Assembly: GCA_038116375.1 (NCBI GenBank)
Contig: JAYNUQ010000007.1
Location: 1,093-65,092, forward strand
Length of the DNA stretch: 64,000 nt
Source: Candidatus Poseidoniales archaeon
GTDB taxonomy: Archaea; Thermoplasmatota; Poseidoniia; Poseidoniales; Poseidoniaceae
Direction of reading: 5' to 3'
The notes beneath the pieces are model-generated. The model did not search any database and was not told where the DNA came from. It saw only the letters and a list, made by a program, of their open reading frames with translations. Made by a program: the position numbers and the translations under genes. Of this stretch, positions 36,631 to 47,100 are shown piece by piece (within the stretch, counting starts at the first letter, position 1; every line of letters begins with the position of its first letter).

Positions 36631-38688
36631 TCAGGCTTCAGCGGGTTCAGCAGCGGGTTCTGAAGACGCCTTGGCCGCTTCGATCTTTGCATCGTTGGCC
36701 TTGATTTGCTCCCAAACGAGTTCGGCCACGTCCTTGACTTCCATCTCCGAACCGATGGCGCTCAGGCCGTCGGTGACCATGGTCGAACAGAACGGACAAC
36801 CCACGGCCACGGTCTCGGCACCGGTCGCTGCCAATTCCTTGGAGCGAATGATGTTCACGCGGTCATGACCTTCGTCGACGTGCTCTTCCATCCACATCTG
36901 TGCGCCGCCAGCGCCGCAGCAGAAGGAATCTCGCCCGTGGCGCTCGGCCTCAACATCAACGCCGCCGATGGCATCGCGTGGAGCATCGAGTTCGCCGCCG
37001 ATGCGCCCGAGATAGCAGGGGTCATGGTAGGTGACCGTTCCGTCGTGTTTGGGTTCGGGGAGTTTGCCCTCAACCTGAAGATGGTTGATGAGTTGCGAGT
37101 GGTGCATGACTTCGATGTCTTCGCCGCCGTAGTCTTTGTACTCCTTTCCAAGCGTATGGAAGCAGTGCGGGCAGGAAGCGACGATCTTCTTCACGCCGAT
37201 TTCCTCGAAGGTTGAGAGGTTGGTTTCTGCGAGCATCTGGAAGAGGTATTCGTTGCCCGCTCGGCGAGCAGCATCACCGGTGCAGCCCTCTTGCATGCCG
37301 AGGATGCCAACATCGAGGCCGGCTTCTTTCATGATGCTGATGGTGTCCCTTGCCACCTTCTTGTTGCGCTCATCAAACGAGGCCGCGCAGCCAGCGAAGT
37401 AGATGTATTCAGCGGGCTCTGCCACCTTCACATCGAGGCCTTCCGCCCAATCGCCACGCTCGTGGGAGGGCAGGCCGTAAGGGTTGGAATCCGACTCGAG
37501 GTTTTCGATGGTGGCCATGAGCGGCATGACCGTGTCTTCGACGCTCTCGTCGAACTCCATGCGTTCCATCATCAAGTGGCGGCGAGCGTCGGTGAGTTTG
37601 GGGACGTGGTCGATGTAAATCGGACAGGCCTCGACACAGGCGTGGCAGGTGGTGCACGCCCAGATGGCGTCTTCACCAAAGCGGGCGATGATGTCCTCTT
37701 CGGGCGTCTCGCCGGCGAAGATGCTGGTGGCGTGGTCGTTGGCATAGTGGCGCACATCGTGAATGATTTGCATGGGGTTGAGGGCTTTGCCGCTGGCGTA
37801 GGCAGGGCAGACGTCTTGGCAGCGAGCGCACGAAGTGCAGGCCCATCCGTCGATGAGGTCTCGCCAGGTGAAATCCGTGTAATTGACGGCACCAAAGGAT
37901 TCGATGTCCAATTCATCGAGCAGGACGGCTTTTCCGTTATCGCCACGGGCCAACGGCTCCATGGTGGCCATGGGGCGAAGGTCGTGGAAGAAAACGTTGG
38001 GGAAGGCCATGACCAGGTGCATGTGTTTGGACAGCGGAATGAGGAACAGGAACACACAGATGGCCAGCATGTGGGCCCAGTAGGCGGCGACGATCACGCT
38101 TGTGGACGGGACGAGGGTTGACGCCACCCACGCACCGATGGGCTCCCAGGTCGAGGAGACGGTGGATTCGCCGGCCTCGACCACGAAGGACGTGGTGGTG
38201 ATGGTCATGATGAGCAAGAGAATGACGTTGCCTTCAAGCTGCGATTTGCCCTTGAGTTTCTCGGGCGTGAACACCACGCGACGGACCAGTGCCAACACGC
38301 AACCGACAAAGGCGATGGTGTAGCCAACTTCAACCATCAAATTCCAAGGTCCACGAACGAGTTCGGGCAGAACGTTCTGGGAGAATTGATTCCCGCTGGC
38401 GAGGTCAAACATGTCGGTGGAGAGCATCAGGAAACCCCAGAACATGAGGACGTGAATGCCGCCAGCCACGCGGTCTTTGAGGACTTTTTTCTGACCCAAC
38501 CAGCCGCTGAGTACCTCGGAAATCCGAGCACCCCAGTTGTCAAAGCGGTTTTCCGGCTTTCCTTTGAGCACGAGGCGGGAGGCCTTGGCCACTTGGTAGC
38601 CGAAGAACCCTCCGGAGACCGCAAACATGAGCAGCAAAATGACCCATCCAGGAAGAGGGCCGTAATCCATAAACAAGGGATGTTCCAT
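36631..38688 (-). CDS. Membrane-bound (Fe-S)-binding oxidoreductase: N-terminal multi-TM (NarI/DsrM/HdrE-like) domain fused to an HdrD/GlpC-like domain with 2x[4Fe-4S] motifs and two CCG domains
   Basis: ~6 TM helices at the N-terminus. Ferredoxin motifs CTSCARCQDVCP and CTTCHACVEACP. CCG-type motifs FAGCAASF, ASCPHC, HDPCYLGR, FCCGAGG. I chose ATG 38688; an alternative is GTG 38697. Confidence 0.85.
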   Translation of the reverse strand: MEHPLFMDYGPLPGWVILLLMFAVSGGFFGYQVAKASRLVLKGKPENRFDNWGARISEVLSGWLGQKKVLKDRVAGGIHVLMFWGFLMLSTDMFDLASGNQFSQNVLPELVRGPWNLMVEVGYTIAFVGCVLALVRRVVFTPEKLKGKSQLEGNVILLLIMTITTTSFVVEAGESTVSSTWEPIGAWVASTLVPSTSVIVAAYWAHMLAICVFLFLIPLSKHMHLVMAFPNVFFHDLRPMATMEPLARGDNGKAVLLDELDIESFGAVNYTDFTWRDLIDGWACTSCARCQDVCPAYASGKALNPMQIIHDVRHYANDHATSIFAGETPEEDIIARFGEDAIWACTTCHACVEACPIYIDHVPKLTDARRHLMMERMEFDESVEDTVMPLMATIENLESDSNPYGLPSHERGDWAEGLDVKVAEPAEYIYFAGCAASFDERNKKVARDTISIMKEAGLDVGILGMQEGCTGDAARRAGNEYLFQMLAETNLSTFEEIGVKKIVASCPHCFHTLGKEYKDYGGEDIEVMHHSQLINHLQVEGKLPEPKHDGTVTYHDPCYLGRIGGELDAPRDAIGGVDVEAERHGRDSFCCGAGGAQMWMEEHVDEGHDRVNIIRSKELAATGAETVAVGCPFCSTMVTDGLSAIGSEMEVKDVAELVWEQIKANDAKIEAAKASSEPAAEPAEA

Positions 38689-38820
38689 GTTCTCCACCGG
38701 TGCCGCCCGCAGGCGCTTACCCTTGCGAGTCCAAGGCGCACTTTCAATGCACCGTCAAAAGAACAACGAAATCCTTCACTGCGCAACAAGGAATATGAAG
38801 CCGGACCCTGTGTTCAGCCC

Positions 38821-39816
38821 ATGGATGAGGCCTTGTCGCAGGTGTCGGCGAGCGCCCCGGGAAAATGCATCCTCTTTGGAGAGCATGCTGTTGTCTACGG
38901 CCAACCCGCCGTTGCCGTTGCCATCGAGCAACGCCTCTCGGTTTCGATGACACCCGCACCGTCCTGGAGCGTTGATGGCAGCCCCTTGAACCAACAAAGG
39001 CACCCCCATATCGTCATGCTCAAGGAAGCCTTGCTGGACGATGGTGTGGCGATGGCGATTCACATCTCAGGCGACATTCCTAATGCATCCGGCTTGGGTT
39101 CAAGTGCAGCGTTAAGTGCAGCGGCTGGAGCCGCCATGCATCGGTGCTCTGGCACTCATGAGCCCCTCGACAAGGACCGTTTGAGCGCACTGGCCCACCT
39201 TGCTGAAGCTCACGCACAGAACGGAAGAGCCTCGCCGATGGACGCATCAACCAGCGTTGAGGGTGGCATCATCGTCCTCTCCGACGTGCGAGAACCCGTC
39301 GGAGATTGGCTGTACACACGCCAGCTCAAAACGCCAGAGGGGGAGCGCACATGGGAAGTTCACGGATTGTCGGTGCCGAGCGACGATGTCTACCTCGTGC
39401 TCGGCAACACGGGCGTCCATGCCCCAACATCCCGTCAGGTGGCCATGGTGGCCAAAGCCTTGGCTGCCGAACCGCATCGCATGCAGGAAATCGAGGCGAT
39501 TGGAACGGTGGCCCGCCGAGGCATTGATGCACTGACCAGAGGGGACTACGAAGCCGTGGGCCACGCCATGAGCGAAAATCACCTTCTCCTACGAAACCTG
39601 GGTGTTTCCTCGAACGAGCTCGAGACCCTTATCCAAGCAGCGGCGCCATCATCGCTGGGCGTCAAATTGACCGGTGCAGGTGGCGGGGGGTGCATGGTGG
39701 CGCTCACGCGTCATCCAACCGAAACCAGTCAGGCGATTGAACTGGCGGGAGGACGCACCCTCATCTCAACCATCGGCGGTAAAGGCGTGAGGGTTCACGA
39801 GACCGTTCCGTCGTGA
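38821..39816 (+). CDS. mvk: Mevalonate kinase
   Basis: SAPGKCILFGEHAVVYGQPAVAVAIE (GHMP N-terminal motif), GHMP ATP-binding motif IPNASGLGSSAALSAA, and C-terminal KLTGAGGGGCMVAL. I chose ATG 38821. The track ORF from 38386 runs antisense through the neighbouring gene and intergenic DNA. Confidence 0.9.
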   Translation: MDEALSQVSASAPGKCILFGEHAVVYGQPAVAVAIEQRLSVSMTPAPSWSVDGSPLNQQRHPHIVMLKEALLDDGVAMAIHISGDIPNASGLGSSAALSAAAGAAMHRCSGTHEPLDKDRLSALAHLAEAHAQNGRASPMDASTSVEGGIIVLSDVREPVGDWLYTRQLKTPEGERTWEVHGLSVPSDDVYLVLGNTGVHAPTSRQVAMVAKALAAEPHRMQEIEAIGTVARRGIDALTRGDYEAVGHAMSENHLLLRNLGVSSNELETLIQAAAPSSLGVKLTGAGGGGCMVALTRHPTETSQAIELAGGRTLISTIGGKGVRVHETVPS

Positions 39817-39831
39817 GCGAACGGCTGGTGC

Positions 39832-39849
39832 CGAAATTCCTTTTATATA
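39832..39849 (+). promoter_or_regulatory. Archaeal BRE/TATA promoter of tbp (CGAAATTCC-TTTTATATA), predicting a leaderless or near-leaderless transcript
   Basis: An AT-rich octamer TTTATATA lies at 39842-39849 in otherwise GC-rich DNA. It is preceded by a purine-rich CGAAA BRE-like element. Its start sits ~30 nt (its centre ~26 nt) upstream of the tbp ATG at 39872, the usual TATA-to-TSS spacing in archaea. Confidence 0.6.
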
Positions 39850-39871
39850 CTAAAGGTCATTCGGCCTTTAT

Positions 39872-40486
39872 ATGACCACCGATGAAGAACGCCTAACTGT
39901 TGTGAACGTTGTCGCCAGCACCCGTGTTGCCGAAGAACTGGACCTCCCCGACATTGCCATCCAACTCAACTGTGAGTACGAACCCGAGCAGTTTCCTGGT
40001 GTTGTCTATCGTGTCACCGAGCCAAAACTTGCCATTCTCATGTTCCGCTCCGGCCGTGCTGTGTGCACCGGTGGAAAGGACGAGGACAACATCCACACCG
40101 GCATTGACCGCATGATCAAGGATTTGCGGGCTGCTGGAATTGAAACCTGGGACCTCAAGGACGTCACCATTGAGGTTCAAAACATGGTCGCCACCTACGC
40201 ACTTCACTATCCTGAAGACTACGACGGTGTCGACAAGTTTACCGGCGAGCCACAGGCTGGTGTCCCCCGTAAACTCAACCTCAACCACCTGACTTTCCAC
40301 TTGCCCTTCGACAAGGTGGAGTACGAACCAGAGCAATTCCCTGGCCTCATCTACCGACTCGACGACCCCAAGGTCGTGTGCCTTATCTTCGGTTCTGGAA
40401 AGATGGTCATCACCGGCGCTCGACACAAGGACGAGATTCTTGAAGCCGTTGAAATCATCAAGGACGAACTTGCTGACCTGCTTTGA
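39872..40486 (+). CDS. tbp: TATA-box binding protein (TBP) with a ~20-aa insertion in the second repeat
   Basis: Two TBP repeats: VVNVVASTRVAEELDL...EYEPEQFPGVVYRV...ILMFRSGRAVCTG and VQNMVATYAL...LNLNHL...EYEPEQFPGLIYRL...CLIFGSGKMVITGA. 204 aa. Confidence 0.95.
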   Translation: MTTDEERLTVVNVVASTRVAEELDLPDIAIQLNCEYEPEQFPGVVYRVTEPKLAILMFRSGRAVCTGGKDEDNIHTGIDRMIKDLRAAGIETWDLKDVTIEVQNMVATYALHYPEDYDGVDKFTGEPQAGVPRKLNLNHLTFHLPFDKVEYEPEQFPGLIYRLDDPKVVCLIFGSGKMVITGARHKDEILEAVEIIKDELADLL

Positions 40487-40523
40487 GCACCCCGCCAGCC
40501 GAAGGGCTGGAGGAGAAGTCTTG

Positions 40524-43500
40524 ATGTCCTCCCGTGCCCGTGGCTTGACCATGGGGGAGGTACGCTTGAGCCGAACCGTCCCGCTGGCCTTGGTGCTGCT
40601 GCTCGTGTTGAACACGGTACCGCTGTCGCACCCCGACCCCCTCGCCGAGGCCTCTGTTCAGCACGTCATCGTCGCTGGCGACCCGGGCGTTTCGGACGTC
40701 CCAACATGGCGCATCGGCGACCGCTGGATTTACGCTGGCACCTTCGACCCCACCGTCCTCGTCACGGATACGGGCGTGGACGCTACGGTCGGTGAAATTC
40801 AAGGCGACACCACCTCTGAAGTCACCGGCATCACCACCCAGAACGTGGACAACATGTCGGTGTTGGCCTACACCCTGCGAACCTCAGCGAATTTTGACAA
40901 ATCCGGCGTCTCCCTCGAGGGCTTCACCGGGAACGTCTACATTCAGTTCACGCAAACAGAGTACCTGCGGGTCAGCGACCTCTCGCCCATCCGCAGCGAA
41001 CTGGACATGTACATCCGCTTTGTCCCCAGCGGGATCTCCTTCCTCGAGCAAATTCTCGGCGACATCACCATCACCACCACCTATTCCCCCGTCAACGAAA
41101 ATTACGACTTCCCGCTCCGTATTGACGAGCGATGGACCACCACGACCACCTCCTACTCGCAGTGGTCGGGCCAAAGCGATTACATCACGCCCTTCCCACC
41201 ACCAGAGACCGATACCAACACCACCACATGGGTGGTCACGAACGTCGGAAAGCCCACGAACAATGTCGGACAGAGCATCGATTACGGAGGATGCAATGAA
41301 TCCTACGAGATGACCTCGTTCAACAGCGACGGCGTTTCCGAAGGCTACCGCTGGTATTGCCCCGAAGTCCGGAACTATGCTTGGCTCCACACGGCTGACG
41401 ACATCGGCTTGGTCATCGATTTCAAACTCAAGCGCTACGACCCTGTGGGCTCCTCTGGCGTTGAACCGTACACCAACCCTGGAACCCGTTCGGACTGCCT
41501 TGACGTGGTCCCTGAACGGTCCATCACCGCACTCAACACCCCGATGCAGGTGTGGGTGAACGCTTCATCGTCGTGTTTCTCCAACACGGCGGGCTTGCAA
41601 CTCGAGCTGCATCACGAGGTCGAAGGATTTGTAACGAGCCTGACCACAGCGGCCAACGGCAGTGCCTGGTCCATGGTCGACATCGGTGATGCACTCGACT
41701 CATCTTCAACCCAGCTTGATTACGCCAGCCACGGGCTGGTGGCCAAGTCAGGAAACAAAGTTGGTGCGGCAACCGTGACGCTTGATGAGTACCTTGTCGG
41801 GTTGGATGTTTTTGCTGACGAAGGCGCGGCCGTCATTCTGCGGGAACGGTGCATTGGCGCTGTGTGTACGCTCACAGAACTCAATGCCCTTTCGGGCTAC
41901 AACGTGTTGCCCGGCGACAAACTCTCCATCGAGGTCGCCTTCAACAACCGGGGCATCACCACCTCCGCCGTGACGGACGCCCGGCTGACGACGCCAGACG
42001 GGGTCTCCATCACCGAGGAATTACCGGCCCTAGAGACCTATCAAGCCTACAAAATGTTGCAGATGTATACCGTTCCTTCCGGCACCGAAATCGGCACGCT
42101 CCAAATCACGTGGGAAGCGGATGTGGCGCGCTTGAACACCGCCGATGCCGATTTCCAGAACAACGTTGGAACGGTTGAACTCTTTGTGGGGCGATTGCCC
42201 ACGCCCGTGGCGCCTGAGCCCGTTGGCATGACCCAAGAGACCGTTTTCATCAACGCCAGTGGAAGTTATGACGAAGACGGCGGAAATGTTTCGTGCGAAT
42301 TCTACGTTCCCTTTGATGACGGCACGAGAACCTGGGATTACGAACGCATCGTTTCACCGACGTGCGCCTTGAACTACACGTGGATTGACGACGGCGTTTA
42401 CCCTGTTGAAATCACCGTCGAGGACGAAGAACGCGACGAGTCGGTCATGATTCTGAACGTCACCGTGCAAAACAGGGATCCAAAGATCGAGGTGCGAAGC
42501 CAACGGACGGAAGCAAAGGTGGAATACCCCATCACCCTCTATGCCTATGCAAACGATTCCGACTCAGAGAAAGTTTGGCCCGGGGTGGTCGACATTTACT
42601 GGCCGGGAGCCAACTGCAAGGAAGGTTACTACACCCGAACCTGCACCACCACGTCAAACGTGGAAGGATGGAAAACCTTCACCGCCGTAGGCACCGACGA
42701 CGACGGAGCAACCGCAACCTCAACCTTTGAGGTGAAGTTCACCAACATACGACCTCACAGCATCAACGTCCAGATGGTCAGCATCGATGGACCCATCATC
42801 ATGGATGCGCAAGACACCTGGCATGTCGAGGAAGACCAACCGGTCACCGTCAAGGGCCAAGCGCAAGACTCCGTGGACGACATCGAAGACTTGACCCACA
42901 CGTGGTGGCCCGATGATGCTCAACCTTCCCTCATGCGTGTTTTTGACGGGCGAACATCGGAATTTGAAATGGTGTGGCTTGAAGCGGGTCTGCACAAAAT
43001 GCGACTTGAAGTGACGGATTCCGAGGGAGCCTCCAGCGGCATCGAGGAACGCTGGGTCAGCGTGCAAAACGTCCCACCAACCATCGAACCCATCCCTCCC
43101 GTTCTCCCCGTCGCAGAAGGCCAAAGCATCAGTGTTTCAGGGACCTCCACCGACACGCCCTCAGACCTGAGCACCCTCGTGAGATGTTGGGACATTGACC
43201 CGAGCATGGACTCGGATGATTTTGGAAGCGCTGACGATGATTGTGATGTCATCGGCGACAACTTGACCGTGTCGTGGAACCGAAGCGGCATCCACAAGTT
43301 GGTGTATCACGTCACCGACGACGACGGTGCTCACTCAAGCGAAGTTCTCGAAGTGCTGGTGTTGAACACGCCGCCCATCGTTCGTACTGCGCCTTTCTCG
43401 TGCATGGCCTACCAACCGTGCTTGTTGGATGCAAGCAGCACCCTCGACGCCCTCAACGACCTCAACGACTTAACCGTTGCATGGGACATTGACGTCAACG

Positions 43501-44057
43501 ATGACAGCAACGAAGACGGCATACCTGACAACGACGCTGACCTCATTGGCAAATCGGTCACCTACATCTTCAAACAAGACGGCCTCCAATCCGTCAAGGT
43601 CATGGCATGGGACGAAGACCCCGAACGACCGGGGACAAAAGTGGTCACCTTTGCCGTTCTTCCCGCTGACCGCACGCCGTTGGAAAACCTCGGGGCATCC
43701 TTGGTCGGTGAAGAAGCAAACGCTGTCGTTCAACTCAGCCTTCTTGTCGTTGTTTTGCTCCTCGTTGTTTTGGTTTCGAGACGACGGCGGCGGGCGGAAA
43801 CGCCAACCAATGTTTGGGATGAGGTATCGGATGCGCTCACGAGCGATCTGTTCACCGACCGAGAAGACCGATTGCGTCAAAAACGACCCGAAGGCCCTCC
43901 ACCGGCTTACCTCTTCCAACAGTCCTTGCAAAACGCTCCTGCTTCGGCGACGCAACCCCAGAGCGGCCCTCCGCTTCCTCCGTCCGGGTTACCTGAGGGG
44001 TGGACGATGGAGCAGTGGGAGCATTATGGACAACAATGGCTTGACTCTCAAGCCTGA
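40524..44057 (+). CDS. Giant (1177 aa) type I membrane-anchored surface protein, paralogue A: conserved N-terminal domain, PKD/cadherin-like repeat array, TM and Pro/Trp-rich cytoplasmic tail
   Basis: GGAGGAG lies ~8 nt upstream of ATG 40524. Signal/anchor VPLALVLLLVLNTVPL. Repeats end in TDDDGA....V.V.N.PP (AVGTDDDGATATSTFEV, EVTDSEGASSG, HVTDDDGAHSSEVLEVLVLNTPP). TM LSLLVVVLLLVVLV followed by SRRRRR. Tail contains PPPAY and GLPEGWTMEQWEHYGQQWL. Confidence 0.8.
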   Translation: MSSRARGLTMGEVRLSRTVPLALVLLLVLNTVPLSHPDPLAEASVQHVIVAGDPGVSDVPTWRIGDRWIYAGTFDPTVLVTDTGVDATVGEIQGDTTSEVTGITTQNVDNMSVLAYTLRTSANFDKSGVSLEGFTGNVYIQFTQTEYLRVSDLSPIRSELDMYIRFVPSGISFLEQILGDITITTTYSPVNENYDFPLRIDERWTTTTTSYSQWSGQSDYITPFPPPETDTNTTTWVVTNVGKPTNNVGQSIDYGGCNESYEMTSFNSDGVSEGYRWYCPEVRNYAWLHTADDIGLVIDFKLKRYDPVGSSGVEPYTNPGTRSDCLDVVPERSITALNTPMQVWVNASSSCFSNTAGLQLELHHEVEGFVTSLTTAANGSAWSMVDIGDALDSSSTQLDYASHGLVAKSGNKVGAATVTLDEYLVGLDVFADEGAAVILRERCIGAVCTLTELNALSGYNVLPGDKLSIEVAFNNRGITTSAVTDARLTTPDGVSITEELPALETYQAYKMLQMYTVPSGTEIGTLQITWEADVARLNTADADFQNNVGTVELFVGRLPTPVAPEPVGMTQETVFINASGSYDEDGGNVSCEFYVPFDDGTRTWDYERIVSPTCALNYTWIDDGVYPVEITVEDEERDESVMILNVTVQNRDPKIEVRSQRTEAKVEYPITLYAYANDSDSEKVWPGVVDIYWPGANCKEGYYTRTCTTTSNVEGWKTFTAVGTDDDGATATSTFEVKFTNIRPHSINVQMVSIDGPIIMDAQDTWHVEEDQPVTVKGQAQDSVDDIEDLTHTWWPDDAQPSLMRVFDGRTSEFEMVWLEAGLHKMRLEVTDSEGASSGIEERWVSVQNVPPTIEPIPPVLPVAEGQSISVSGTSTDTPSDLSTLVRCWDIDPSMDSDDFGSADDDCDVIGDNLTVSWNRSGIHKLVYHVTDDDGAHSSEVLEVLVLNTPPIVRTAPFSCMAYQPCLLDASSTLDALNDLNDLTVAWDIDVNDDSNEDGIPDNDADLIGKSVTYIFKQDGLQSVKVMAWDEDPERPGTKVVTFAVLPADRTPLENLGASLVGEEANAVVQLSLLVVVLLLVVLVSRRRRRAETPTNVWDEVSDALTSDLFTDREDRLRQKRPEGPPPAYLFQQSLQNAPASATQPQSGPPLPPSGLPEGWTMEQWEHYGQQWLDSQA

Positions 44058-44108
44058 TGCAGCGCATTGAGGACATTCTCTTTTGTATCAGAAGGCCCAC
44101 CTGCAATC

Positions 44109-47100
44109 ATGCTGGGACGAGCCGTTCAGGCCGCTTTTCTCGTTTCGCTCTTCGTTCTCTCCACGGGACTCGGAGTGGTCGAATCCACCCTTCTTCGAGA
44201 GCAGAACGCCGAGGAATACCGTTCGCAAAGCGCAAGCGGTGCGGTTGACGTCCCCACATACCGAGTCGGAGACACGTGGGTGTACGAGACCAAGTTCGAT
44301 GTCGCCCAACTTCTTGCTCAAGCCAACGTCTCAGCATCGCTGAACACCCTTACGGGCGATACGGTCAACGAAGTCACCGACATCTTCTACGAAACCGATG
44401 ATAACGGTGATACCGTCCTTGCCTATGAAATCGAAATCAGCGGGAGTTTCACCTCGGGCAACAACGGCGCCACCCTCGAAGGCACCCCCGGCCGCCTCAA
44501 CATAGACTACGACGGCATCGACGTTCTGCGAGCCCGAGACCTCGCTACGATAACCAGCGACTTCACGCTCGACGTTCGATTCCGTGCGTTTAACCTCGGA
44601 TTCTTAGAAGTGACACTCGGCGAGGTCACGTTTGACAACACCTACTCACCGGCGAAAGAGCGCCATGACTTTCCGCTTCGAAACGGTGACCAGTGGTACA
44701 TGGAATTCGAAGCCACCACAGAGGTGAGCGGTACTTCCGACTATTTTGACCCGTCAGAGTTTGACGCCCAAGAAGACGAAAACAACTCCTGGCAAGTCGT
44801 GAAAAACGAAGCCCCCAGCGAAGACGGCGATACGCCTCAGTACACAGGTTGCGATGACTCGTACAAAATCTCCGAGTGGAACGCCACCGGTGTCAACCTC
44901 GGTTTCAACTGGTACTGCCCTGCAGTCCGTGGAAGCGTTTGGAATCGAATCGTGAATCCTGCCGGATTTACCATTGACTGGCTTCTCAAAACCTACGATC
45001 CAACCGATTCCAACAGCGTTGTTTCCTCATCTTCACCCGGTGGCAGAAACACACAAATCCACGTGAGTACCGGCACCACAGCCACCTTACCCGATGCTAT
45101 TGAACAGGTTTCAATCGAATACAACGTGGCAGGTTCACCAAGCATCCCCATCAAAAACACCAACCTTCAACTTCGCTATGAAATTGCAGACACCATCATC
45201 AATCCAACAACGGACAACAACGGTCGAGCCCAAGTTTCACTCAACGTTTCGGACGAGGTGGATGATACATCGGCGAGCGATGACTACACCAGCAACGGTG
45301 TCGTTGTCTACGACCCGGTCGGGGATGTCGTTGGTGCCACCACCATCGTTCAGGATTTGAACGTGGTCGGTATCGATTTGGTGGCACAGGCCAGTTCCGT
45401 CATCGTGGAGCGAACGCGCAACGGAGACACGTCAACACTGGGCGCTTCCATCGGCTACAATGCGCTTCCCGGCGACGTCCTCAGTTTTTCTCTTCCCGCA
45501 CAGAACCGTGGTGTTCTGACCGCTCCATCCACCTACATGGAAATTGAAACCCCTGACGGCACGGTCTCAAGAAACGCTCTTCCGACCATCGCACCCTACG
45601 CAGAAGAACGTGTTCTGGTCGATTGGTCGGTGCCCGCCAACATGCCGATAGGAACGGCACAACTCACGTTCACGGTCGACCCTGATGAAAACGTGACGGC
45701 CGATGCCAACCGCAGCAACAACGACGCCTCCATCTCGGTCTTTATCGGTCGAGCACCCAACGCTTCTTTGGTGGTTGACGAAGGAAAATACACCTACGAA
45801 AACATCACGCTCAACGCCACGCAGAGTTTCGATATTGACGGTGGCGATGTTGATTGCCGCTTCGAAATTGAATCACGAGCAGGCCTCATCGACGTCATTG
45901 AAGCGCCCGGCTGTTGGACGCAGTGGAACTGGTCGAACAGCGGTTCGTGGAGCGTGAAGGTTCTCGTCATCGATGAAGAATTGGACACGGACGAGATGGT
46001 CGTCGACGTGGTTGTGCTGAATCGGGCACCAAGCTTCAACTTGACCCACCCAACGTCCGTCGAGGTTGAATCACCCATCACCCTTGAGGCGGTTGACATT
46101 GAGGACATCGATACATCGTCGCCCTCGGGCCAACAGGTCTCGATTTCATGGCCTGGTCTTGACTGTGAAGAAGGTCTCACGCAGTCAAGATGCACCTTCA
46201 CGCCTTTGTTCGAGGGACCCATCAACATCACGGCCGTAGCAACCGACGACGACGGAGCGACCACGACCCTGACCAGTCAAGTGATGGTGCTCAACGTACC
46301 ACCGACCCTTTCTGCCCCGTCCTTGTTCAAGGGTGGAGAAGAGGTGCTGCCCGATGAAAACGGGACGTGGCACTTGGATGAGGATGAGGTGGCCCTTCTG
46401 CGAGCCACGGCAAGCGATACCGCCAACGACGAAGGCACGGTCATCATCGAATGGCATCCTTCATTGGAAGATGAGAACTGGACCATCTCCAGCATCGGTA
46501 TTGCTTCGTCTGAGGCTGTATCTTGGAACACTTCAGGCATGCACACCGTTCAGGTCCGGGCCATCGACGCTGACGGGGCATCGTCGGACATACAACAAGC
46601 GAAGGTCATGATTCACAACGTTCCGCCAACCATCACCGGGCTGCCTGGAAACACACCGGTGTTTGAAAACGACTTGCTGAACCTGACCGTCGTTGCCTCG
46701 GACACCGCATCGGACCTCCCTTCGCTTGAAGTGTGCTGGGACTTGGATGCTGCTCTCGACAGCGACGGCGACGGTGTGACGGACAACGATTGCGAACTCA
46801 GCGGGCTGAACGTTGCACCTTCGTGGGACACCCGAGGCGTGCGAATGATCACGGTAACCGTCACCGACGACGACGGCGCCATCGCCCAACAGAGCATGAA
46901 CGTGAGCGTGTTGAACCTCCCTCCAACGGCTGTGATTTCCGAATTGACGGTTCTGGACGGACTCACCGAAGGCGATAACCTCACGCTATCGGGTACCAAT
47001 TCCTTGGAAACCGCAGGCGACAAAGAAGACCTTGTCTACGAGTGGGACAGTTCCCACCTCGATACAGACCTTGACGGGGAAAAGACCGGTGACATCGATT

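Noticed and set aside
39893-40615. 240-aa minus-strand ORF opposite tbp
   Set aside because: The TBP repeats on the plus strand are unambiguous, so this antisense ORF is a GC-bias artefact.
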